36,179 bases of DNA. Origin: Alteromonas sp. (lineage in GTDB: Bacteria; Margulisbacteria; Marinamargulisbacteria; UBA6595). Under the pieces are notes generated by a model, which did no database searches, was not told the origin of the DNA, and worked only from the letters and a program-made list of their open reading frames with translations. This document shows positions 1-7,387 of the stretch, in pieces; within the stretch, counting starts at the first letter, position 1, and each line of letters begins with the position of its first letter. The stretch covers positions 1 to 36,179 of the forward strand of contig CAXPTH010000005.1 in assembly GCA_964220215.1 (NCBI GenBank). The letters run 5' to 3'. The translations under genes and the position numbers were made by a program.

Positions 1-77
1 TGGCTTTAAAAATTGGGGAGCAAAAACCATAAAAGCAGCGACCATGTCAAGAGAAAAAAACAGAAAATAAACGGAGG
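1..77 (-). repeat. Left copy of ~77-bp inverted repeat flanking the SIR2-HerA cassette (may extend beyond window start)
   Basis: Reverse complement of 26-77 matches 3757-3808 at 50/52 nt (37 nt perfect: 31-67 vs 3767-3803); reverse complement of 1-14 matches 3821-3834 at 13/14. Confidence 0.92.
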
Positions 78-139
78 GTCTACGGGTAGAAAAAATATAA
101 AGTTAGGCTAATAAAGATCCAATGCTAGCCAACAAGTGT

Positions 140-2248
140 TTAATCACTAGAAGAATCTAGATTTTGCCAACTGTCTGCTATGGGTTTCCAATTGGCTCTT
201 CTCGTTACTGTTTGACCATCTAAATCTTTTCCGGTCCAAACATTCCAAAAATCAGGATCATCGGAATGTGGTCTATGTTCTTTAGGTAAATCATTCATTT
301 TTACTAATATGGGCAATTCCGAAGCCCATCCTAATAAAATTGCATTTTGTGAGGGAAGTGAGGGTAGCTCCCTCAGCAATCCTTTTAGATTATCGGGTAC
401 CAGTCTATGAATTAATTCTTGATCACGGTCATTACTAATTCGGTGCAACAAAAACGAATTGCACTGTGATAATACAGTTGGAGAAAGCTCAGAAGGGCGC
501 TGAGATGAAAGTATAAGTCCAAGTCCAAATTTCCGACCTTCTCTTGCAATTCGTTCGAAGACTTGGCAACATACTGATGAGGCATCCTGATTTTCAGAAT
601 CGTCTCTATATCGTTTAACAAACGTATGGGCTTCTTCCATAACTAAAACTGTTGGTAGAACGACTCCATTTGATTTCCTATATCTCTGGAGTGCATCAAA
701 TACCATTCTGCCAATTACCGCGGTTACAACGTGAATGACTTCTGTTGGCACAAGAGATAAATCCAAAATGGCTACACAAGTCTCGTCATTGGCGCTACCA
801 AGATAATCGGACAACCAACTATCAAGGGTTAAATCGCCACTATCACCAACCACAGATCTCATACGCGTATCAGAAAGAAATGATCGAATTCTTGAAACTA
901 AAAAATCAAGGTACTGACTAACCCCTTCTTGTTCAGACAAAATATGAAGATGATCAGCAAAATCTGTTCCATTGAAGGGGATTGGGACATCCTCATCAGG
1001 CCCTTCCTGATAAATAATACCACCTAGGCTTTTTACGGATTCTTCCAAAGAATTAATAATTTCCTGCGTTTGTTTTTCGGTAAAAGCGCGATAATATTCA
1101 ATTACTTTTCCGTCCTTCTCGAAAGAGTTAAAAGTTGATTGTAAACTGCTATTGATAGCGGTTTCTACATTAGTGAGATCAATATCTTCGAATTGACTCT
1201 TTTTAGATTCAATATCCTTGCAAATCGCTTTTAAACGGAAGCCAAATTTTGTTTCATCTGTTTTTATTGAACCAGCCTTTATATCTCTCTGAATAGAGAT
1301 CATGGTAGATGAAAGATATCGACGTAACTCGAGTTTCTTTTCCTCAATTGACGTACCTAAAGGAGTATTTCTGCCAGCCTTAACTTCTCGAAGTGCCCTT
1401 TTTAATAAGGGGCGTTGTACCTTGGAACTCGCATGAGTAAATGAACACCATTCTGCACTATTCCAAAACCATAACGGAACTTGGAGCAACAATTCTCCCG
1501 ATTCTATATTTGCATCAACTTTAAATATTTTGGATTTGACTGAATTTTCTTTATCTGAAAATGCACGAGAATATTCTCCATTTGGATCCAAAATAATAAA
1601 TCGGGCATTAGGAGTTTTGTTGCTTTCCCTCTGAGCTTGCTCCAAAGACCAACGAATAAGTCCCGCTACAGAACATGACTTGCCACTACCCGTGTTCCCA
1701 AGGACCGCAAGATGTCGTCCAAACAGGCGGTCTGGGTCTATGCAAACTTCCGCATTTCCGGCTAGTGGGCTCGTGCCTATTTTTATTCGTCTGCGTTCTC
1801 CTGATTCAACAATTGATCGAAGTTGCCTGTCTGTAGGAAGTACTACAGACGCCCCTATTGAAGGCAACGCATCTGCACCACGCCGAAAACAATAGGTACC
1901 TTCCTTATTTGTTGCAGTTGTTTTTGACTTTAAGGTACCTAACGGATTGAGACGCATTTTTCTTAATGGATATGGCAAGTCTATTAAGCCGAAATCTTGC
2001 ACACCTTTTCTTTTTGGAAAAGCTGATCTTTCAACTGTGATCCATTCAATCTGTCCAACTAAGTAACCATCATCAACGGGTACTAAAACATAACTGTTTA
2101 CTCTAGGAAAAGGCCGAGGACCACCCGTATTTAATGCAACCGACTCTGGGGCCTCAATATCCAATAAAACTTTGATCTCATCAGGTGAAACAAAATCCAC
2201 AGTGCCAATACGTAGACTTCCAGCGTATTCAAAAGGTGTTTGACTCAT
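140..2248 (-). CDS. herA: HerA/FtsK-family ATPase of a SIR2-HerA anti-phage system
   Basis: 702 aa; N-terminal HAS-barrel-like region, Walker A GNTGSGKS, Walker B VLVMEEAH, IAREGRKFG and SQRPSEL motifs; ATGA overlap with upstream SIR2 gene at 2245-2248. Confidence 0.92.
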   Translation of the reverse strand: MSQTPFEYAGSLRIGTVDFVSPDEIKVLLDIEAPESVALNTGGPRPFPRVNSYVLVPVDDGYLVGQIEWITVERSAFPKRKGVQDFGLIDLPYPLRKMRLNPLGTLKSKTTATNKEGTYCFRRGADALPSIGASVVLPTDRQLRSIVESGERRRIKIGTSPLAGNAEVCIDPDRLFGRHLAVLGNTGSGKSCSVAGLIRWSLEQAQRESNKTPNARFIILDPNGEYSRAFSDKENSVKSKIFKVDANIESGELLLQVPLWFWNSAEWCSFTHASSKVQRPLLKRALREVKAGRNTPLGTSIEEKKLELRRYLSSTMISIQRDIKAGSIKTDETKFGFRLKAICKDIESKKSQFEDIDLTNVETAINSSLQSTFNSFEKDGKVIEYYRAFTEKQTQEIINSLEESVKSLGGIIYQEGPDEDVPIPFNGTDFADHLHILSEQEGVSQYLDFLVSRIRSFLSDTRMRSVVGDSGDLTLDSWLSDYLGSANDETCVAILDLSLVPTEVIHVVTAVIGRMVFDALQRYRKSNGVVLPTVLVMEEAHTFVKRYRDDSENQDASSVCCQVFERIAREGRKFGLGLILSSQRPSELSPTVLSQCNSFLLHRISNDRDQELIHRLVPDNLKGLLRELPSLPSQNAILLGWASELPILVKMNDLPKEHRPHSDDPDFWNVWTGKDLDGQTVTRRANWKPIADSWQNLDSSSD

Positions 2249-3633
2249 AGAAAGCTAACCTCTTGAGAGTCTGAATTAGGGGTGCTTTTATCTTGTTCCA
2301 TAGACTCAGTTCCCCAACGAGACTTAAGTAATTCAGCCATGCGGAATGTAGTTTTATCGATTGCCGGTTTTGGTAAATAACAATCTACAAGAGTTTGAAA
2401 ATCACCTAGGTGGGGTCCGATAAGAAGTGTGATTTGGGCGTGTCGCCCCAAGCGTTCATATGTTCTCATGATTCTTTCCAATGGATCATCATAGGAAATG
2501 ATAACTAGATGAGTAGAAGGTATTGTCAGCATATCTTCAATAACTCGGTTGATATGTTCGTCTCCAAAACTATACCCATATGAAATAAGAGTACTATTAG
2601 GGCGACAAGTGGCAGAGGCAAAATCTCGAAAGAGCTCAACATAAGGGTAAGCGGATGTTTCACGATCTTTTGCGGCATTCGGGTAAACCATGAGTTGAAG
2701 AACATCGTCTTCGATCAAGCCTGGAGTTTTTAAGTATGGATCAATTTTCTCTGCTCCAAACGGTACCCCAATTCGCCGAATATTTTGTCTTGTATTAATC
2801 CAATCAACTGATCCGTGCAGTTTTGTAAATTTTGCAACCCCTTCAAGATAGCGAGGTTCGCCTCTGATTCCTGGCGGGTTGTAATGAATATCAATATCAA
2901 GTCTGGAAGATCGAAAAATAGGTGAAAGCACTCCTACAAAACGATCTAACAAATGAAGTCCTGCTAGATCAGCTCCAGTTTCAATATAGCGATCGTAATT
3001 GGTTGTGAATATTTGCAACCTATCTCGAGTTCCTGTTCGACTTGCAAAACTCATTAAGAAACTAACAAGATAATTAAATGCCGTTTCTCTCTTAGAGGAA
3101 TCCGAGCTTATTAGATCAGATTCACCCTTAAGTATCGATTTTGAAAAACTTTCTAAAATAGTTTTGAGATCTTTTTGAATATATTTATATTTTTCGTCCC
3201 CGGTTATTTCAAGTCCACGAATTAGTTCACTTGCTGTACGAATTTGATCTTCAATATTACCTGTGTCTCTACCAGATTTTTCTGCAGATATTTTTGCTGC
3301 TTTCTCTATCTCGTTTGAATAGTGCGTGAATGTTACGGCATTCATACCTGGAAGTGATGTGTCGGTAGCAATTTGATGAACAGCGTGAGTCAATCCTGAA
3401 CCCAATAGAAGAGACAAATGTTCAGATTGGAATAATGCAGTTAACCAGGGTTCGATTCTTGGACGCAGCACTTCGGAGCCAAATTCCTGGTTAGAGGTTA
3501 TCCATGAGCATGTGCTATCGGAGTTTGCTAATTTGAATTTTTGTGAAGTTGGCTTTTCTTCAGTAATTTCCTCAAAAAACAGCGGAGTCTTGTCATCCCT
3601 AGATTTAAGAATATTTTTTTTTGATGTAGTCAC
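2245..3633 (-). CDS. SIR2-like (SIR2_2) NADase of a SIR2-HerA system
   Basis: LLLGSGLT, FTTNYD, KLHGS and GYSFGDEHIN motifs; start placed at GTG 3633 behind GAGGTG SD (ORF track extends to 3669). Confidence 0.9.
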   Translation of the reverse strand: MTTSKKNILKSRDDKTPLFFEEITEEKPTSQKFKLANSDSTCSWITSNQEFGSEVLRPRIEPWLTALFQSEHLSLLLGSGLTHAVHQIATDTSLPGMNAVTFTHYSNEIEKAAKISAEKSGRDTGNIEDQIRTASELIRGLEITGDEKYKYIQKDLKTILESFSKSILKGESDLISSDSSKRETAFNYLVSFLMSFASRTGTRDRLQIFTTNYDRYIETGADLAGLHLLDRFVGVLSPIFRSSRLDIDIHYNPPGIRGEPRYLEGVAKFTKLHGSVDWINTRQNIRRIGVPFGAEKIDPYLKTPGLIEDDVLQLMVYPNAAKDRETSAYPYVELFRDFASATCRPNSTLISYGYSFGDEHINRVIEDMLTIPSTHLVIISYDDPLERIMRTYERLGRHAQITLLIGPHLGDFQTLVDCYLPKPAIDKTTFRMAELLKSRWGTESMEQDKSTPNSDSQEVSFL

Positions 3634-3756
3634 TGTCAAGCACCTCACTTCTAACTTTGGATTAAGCAAATCACCTTTAAGTGTACTATTTTTGATTCGA
3701 ACGGGCGATAACTGAATTAAGCAATTGCAGAAAACCCTGTGTTATCGAGTACACTT

Positions 3757-3834
3757 CCTCCGTTTCTTTTCTGTTTTTTTCTCTTGACATGGTCGCTGCT
3801 TTTCTGGTCCCAAAAAAATAAATTTTTCAAGCCA
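3757..3834 (+). repeat. Right copy of inverted repeat; contains TTGACA (3784-3789) and runs directly into SD AAAGGAG (3836-3842) of the next gene
   Basis: CCTCCGTTTCTTTTCTGTTTTTTTCTCTTGACATGGTCGCTGCTTTTCTGGT vs reverse complement of 26-77. Confidence 0.92.
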
Positions 3835-3850
3835 GAAAGGAGCAAATAAA

Positions 3851-4462
3851 ATGTCAATTTCATCAATTCAAAATCTTGTGAGCCAGCACGAAGAGTCGCC
3901 CGTGAGGTGCCTCACAAAATCCGTGGGGGTCATCGGTTCCCGAAGCCTTCCATACACCGTAGCCAACAAAGTCGGTGATATTGTCCAAGATCTCATTAAA
4001 CGCAAATATCACATTGCCACCGGTGGTGCCATCGGTGCCGACCAATTTGTCATCGAACGCTTGTTAAGGCTTGGCTTATCCGACCATTGCACCGTGTACA
4101 GCCCATGGCAAAATTACGCTGGTTTTCCCATTAAAGTCCGTGCCATGATGCGGCAATTCAAAGACTACGGCGGGCATTTGTTATGGGGTGAAGTCGGCGG
4201 AAATGAACCCCAACACCTCATCAAAATGGGCTTGTTGTTACGCAATCAACGTCTTGTGTCTGCCTGCTACGGGCTTGTCGCTTTCATTGACGGCCAGTCT
4301 CGTGGCTCCATCTTCACCATTCAAAAAGCCGCTCAAAAGCGACTCACCATCGTGGTCTTTCCGCATGACTGCCATTTGCCAGAAATCGACTTTGTTAAAT
4401 GGGTGCCATTGAAATGCGGTGGCTGTTGGGACGGTGGTTTCAAAGCCGTGTACTTGAAATAA
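3851..4462 (+). CDS. Stand-alone SLOG-superfamily (DprA/Smf/YspA-like Rossmann fold) protein
   Basis: VGVIGSR, IATGGAIGAD, LLRNQRLV, SRGSIFTIQKA motifs match the DprA/SLOG core; 203 aa, lacks the SAM and C-terminal domains of competence DprA; strong SD. Confidence 0.75.
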   Translation: MSISSIQNLVSQHEESPVRCLTKSVGVIGSRSLPYTVANKVGDIVQDLIKRKYHIATGGAIGADQFVIERLLRLGLSDHCTVYSPWQNYAGFPIKVRAMMRQFKDYGGHLLWGEVGGNEPQHLIKMGLLLRNQRLVSACYGLVAFIDGQSRGSIFTIQKAAQKRLTIVVFPHDCHLPEIDFVKWVPLKCGGCWDGGFKAVYLK

Positions 4463-4476
4463 GGGAGGAAAACATC

Positions 4477-4860
4477 ATGACTAAACAACAATTAAAACAA
4501 CTCATTAAAACAGACATCCACACACGCTCATTAGACGCTTGGCTCATTAGAAATGTGTGTAACCGTGTTGGGTGTCCACCGTTTGACTCGCTCGACGACA
4601 TTTCCCGCCATGGATGTGAAAGTGGGTGTGTTCCCGAACTCATTTACACCACCGATTGCCTGCACTTCTACCAACGCTTTGAAGCCAATATTTGGGACAT
4701 TGTCCGCACCTTTTTAGAGGATACCGGCCAAAGTTTGGGGCAGTTTTTAGATGGGTTTTCATCAGATATTCAAGATGAAATTACCTTTAAAGTGAAATTG
4801 ACATGGTTTGCAGTTGAAGAAACGGCTCACAAGTTAGCCTGTCGGCTTTTGCCATATTAA
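4477..4860 (+). CDS. Small hypothetical protein of phage/mobile-element type (HGCxSG-xxxLIY motif)
   Basis: 127 aa from ATG 4477 behind SD GGGAGG; motifs HGCESGCVPELIYTTDCLHFY and KLTWFAVEE; family assignment from memory only. Confidence 0.7.
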   Translation: MTKQQLKQLIKTDIHTRSLDAWLIRNVCNRVGCPPFDSLDDISRHGCESGCVPELIYTTDCLHFYQRFEANIWDIVRTFLEDTGQSLGQFLDGFSSDIQDEITFKVKLTWFAVEETAHKLACRLLPY

Positions 4861-4872
4861 CGAGAAAAAATC

Positions 4873-4977
4873 ATGACTTTAAAACAAGAAAAAAGAAACG
4901 AAGAAGACGTGTTAGCCTGCGCCGCCGTGGGCGGGCGGCGGCGCGTTCTCGGTTCTAGCCTGGGGGTTCAGGTATGA
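4873..4977 (+). CDS. Putative 34-aa small ORF translationally coupled to the recombinase
   Basis: [34 protein letters not shown]; stop overlaps recombinase start as ATGA (4974-4977); below ORF-track size cutoff. Confidence 0.4.
   Translation: MTLKQEKRNEEDVLACAAVGGRRRVLGSSLGVQV
4919..4944. other. GC-only hairpin upstream of recombinase
   Basis: GCGCCGCCG-TGGGCGGG-CGGCGGCGC, perfect 9-bp stem with 8-nt loop, no U-tract. Confidence 0.7.
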
Positions 4978-6446
4978 CTCAAGAAACGTTTGTAGTTGAT
5001 CTATACATTCGGGTTTCAACCGATCGTCAGGCCAAAGAAGGAGATTCTTTAGAAGAGCAAGAATCTGAACTCAAAAAGTTTTGTGACTATCGGAATTTCA
5101 AGATTCATAAAGTATTCATTGAGCGTGGTAAATCCGGTGGCAATACGAATAGACCCGAATACAAAAAGCTGGTCAAAGACATTGAAGCCGGCAAAATCAA
5201 TGCCGTTGTGGTTAAAAAGTTGGATCGTCTTTCACGGTCATTGTTGGACTTTGAACAACTCACCGTCAAACTTCATGCCCACGATGTGGGCTTCATTTCA
5301 CTACGCGAAAACTTCGATACCACCACAGCCATGGGAAAAGCCATGCTTCGAGTGGCCTTGGTGTTTGCTCAATTGGAACGAGAGCAAACCGCCGAGCGCA
5401 TCAAAGACGTGTTCGCTTGGCGAGCGGAGCAAGGTTTGTACAACGGTGGTACTCGGCCTTTTGGTTATGATTCAGTGTCCTCAGAACTCATCCCGCATAA
5501 ACAAGAAAAGAAGGCCATTCAGTTCATGTTTGAAACCTTCCTTCGCACCAAATCCACGACCATTGTAGCCAATGAATGCAACGCCATGGGCTTTCGGAAT
5601 CGCAACTGTGCGTTGTGGGACAAACGGCAAATCCACAAGATTCTCAATCATCCGGTGTACTTGGGGAAAATCCGATGGAACGGGCAAGTATTTCCGGGGA
5701 TTCATCAGCCGTTAGTGTCGGAATCCGTTTTTAATCAAGCTCAAACTATCTTTGCTGAACGCAAAACCAATCGGGAAAGCAAAACAGTTTTAGGCTTGCT
5801 CAAAGGTGTGTTGTTTTGTGCTAAATGTGGCCATCCGATGACGCCCAATTACACGAAAAAACGAAAAGGCAACATCTATCGGTATTATCGTTGTGTCAGC
5901 ACGCTGAACCCTAAAGAAAAACCGTGTTCAAACAAGTATTTCAACATGGAAAAGGCCAATGAAATTGTCATTGAAAAGGTTCTGAACTGCGCCACCGAGG
6001 AGCAATTGGAGAAAATTTCACAACACGTTGAGCAGAAAAACGAGGTTGTCCGTCATCAATTGCAAGCGGTTCAAACGGAAATCGATGGCTTAGAAAGCCT
6101 TTTGGAAGCGGTCAAAACCAAGAAAGAGAAATATTTGGACTCGCTCATTTCGAACCAGTTTGTGGCTAAAGAGAGGGAAATGATTAACGCCAAAATCGAT
6201 GAATTCACGATTCAAGAAAAACAATTTAAGGGCAGCATTATGAAGCAACAATTTGAATACACTCAAAAAGAAGAACAGCTTTCCAGCGTGGAAACGCTTA
6301 AAAAAGAACTGGTGTTCTTCAAAATCAATTCGCAATCACTGGGGACAAACGAACTTAAAAAGTGGCTTCTAGCCAACGTTGAACGGGTGGATATTTCTAG
6401 TGAAGGGGTGAGTGTAAAGTTTAAATCGGTTGATCTGTCGGTTTGA
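4974..6446 (+). CDS. Large serine recombinase (integrase)
   Basis: 490 aa; catalytic [14 protein letters not shown], recombinase domain (PFGY, HQPLVS), zinc ribbon CAKC...YYRC...C, coiled coil. Confidence 0.95.
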   Translation: MTQETFVVDLYIRVSTDRQAKEGDSLEEQESELKKFCDYRNFKIHKVFIERGKSGGNTNRPEYKKLVKDIEAGKINAVVVKKLDRLSRSLLDFEQLTVKLHAHDVGFISLRENFDTTTAMGKAMLRVALVFAQLEREQTAERIKDVFAWRAEQGLYNGGTRPFGYDSVSSELIPHKQEKKAIQFMFETFLRTKSTTIVANECNAMGFRNRNCALWDKRQIHKILNHPVYLGKIRWNGQVFPGIHQPLVSESVFNQAQTIFAERKTNRESKTVLGLLKGVLFCAKCGHPMTPNYTKKRKGNIYRYYRCVSTLNPKEKPCSNKYFNMEKANEIVIEKVLNCATEEQLEKISQHVEQKNEVVRHQLQAVQTEIDGLESLLEAVKTKKEKYLDSLISNQFVAKEREMINAKIDEFTIQEKQFKGSIMKQQFEYTQKEEQLSSVETLKKELVFFKINSQSLGTNELKKWLLANVERVDISSEGVSVKFKSVDLSV

Positions 6447-6460
6447 TGAGAAGATCATGA

Positions 6461-6548
6461 TGGCGGAGAGTGAGGGATTCGAACCCCCGGTGCCTTTCGA
6501 CACAACGGTTTTCAAGACCGCCGCATTCGACCACTCTGCCAACTCTCC
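6461..6548 (-). tRNA. tRNA-Ser(TGA)
   Basis: GGAGAGTTGGCAGAGTGGTCGAATGCGGCGGTCTTGAAAACCGTTGTGTCGAAAGGCACCGGGGGTTCGAATCCCTCACTCTCCGCCA; long variable arm, encoded CCA. Confidence 0.97.
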
Positions 6549-6668
6549 GCGTGGTCGATTTTACTTCAATCAGTTGCAGAAGCAAAAAGGACCAGAAAGA
6601 CTAGAATACCACATTTTTGGGTGAATACCCAGAGGAAAAATTTGTTCTTTTAGAAAGTCATGAAATAG

Positions 6669-6677
6669 TGTTATAAT
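6669..6677 (+). promoter_or_regulatory. Extended -10 promoter element for the act-cox operon
   Basis: TGtTATAAT about 55 nt upstream of the probable actA start. Confidence 0.6.
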
Positions 6678-6731
6678 TTGAACCATAATTGATTTTAGTT
6701 AGTATAGTTTAGAAGTTAAAGGAGCATTGTT

Positions 6732-7376
6732 ATTTCTAGTTTATTCCCAAAATGGACCAACAAATTACCCCTGATTGTACTAACAATCGTGGGAGCCAAA
6801 GTCTTCGGGCTTATTTTTGTATTCACGTACTGGTTTAGCCCAGAAAATCTAAATGTTGGGTATGAGCCTAAACAGCCCATTAACTACAGCCACGCCCTGC
6901 ATGCCGGTGAGTTGGGTATTGATTGCCGATACTGTCACGGTAACGTGGATCAAGGCGAGCGTTTGGTATTGCCCGCCGCCGAAACCTGTCTAAATTGTCA
7001 CTCAATGATAAAGAAAGACTCGCCTGAAATTATGAAAATTCGCAAAAGTGTGGCCGACAATGTCCCCATCGAATGGGTCAAGGTTCACCACCTAGCCGAC
7101 TATGCTTATTTTGATCACAGCCGTCACGTTAAATCGGGTATGGGCTGTGCCACCTGTCATGGCAACATTCATCAGCAAGCAGTTGTTCGGCAATCCGAGC
7201 CGCTCAGCATGGGCTGGTGTCTCGATTGTCACCGAAACCCAGAGCAATATGTCCGTCCAAAGTCAGAAATCACCAACATGGATTGGAAAGCCGAAGATCA
7301 AGCGGCATTGGGTAAAGAATTAGTGGCCACATATCACCTCAATCCAAAGCAAGATTGTAGCGTATGCCACCGCTAG
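6732..7376 (+). CDS. actA: Alternative complex III pentaheme cytochrome c subunit ActA
   Basis: Five CxxCH motifs (CRYCH, CLNCH, CATCH, CLDCH, CSVCH), QPINYSHALH; frame extends upstream of GTG 6789 through FPKWTNKLP to ATT 6732 behind SD AAAGGAG. Confidence 0.9.
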   Translation: MSSLFPKWTNKLPLIVLTIVGAKVFGLIFVFTYWFSPENLNVGYEPKQPINYSHALHAGELGIDCRYCHGNVDQGERLVLPAAETCLNCHSMIKKDSPEIMKIRKSVADNVPIEWVKVHHLADYAYFDHSRHVKSGMGCATCHGNIHQQAVVRQSEPLSMGWCLDCHRNPEQYVRPKSEITNMDWKAEDQAALGKELVATYHLNPKQDCSVCHR

Positions 7377-7387
7377 AAGGAGAAATA

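Larger units (their letters stand above)
1..6460. mobile_element. Right arm of a putative integrative element/genomic island ending at the tRNA-Ser 3' end
   Basis: Recombinase stops 14 nt from the tRNA CCA end; defence cargo; core genes resume after the tRNA; second att site not in window. Confidence 0.7.

Noticed and set aside
102..133. GTTAGGC ... AGCCAAC imperfect hairpin downstream of herA resembling integron attC core sites
   Set aside because: Boxes are in the wrong order for attC (GTT before AAC), no L boxes and no integron integrase; at most a weak terminator-like hairpin
3686..3790. Small minus-strand ORF starting inside the right repeat (MSREKNRKETEE...)
   Set aside because: The left repeat copy has a stop after 8 codons and there is no SD, so coding is not conserved
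4399..4476. N-terminal extension of the 4399-4860 ORF
   Set aside because: Overlaps the SLOG gene; the strong SD supports ATG 4477
6430..6624. 64-aa ORF containing [10 protein letters not shown]
   Set aside because: Antisense shadow of tRNA-Ser
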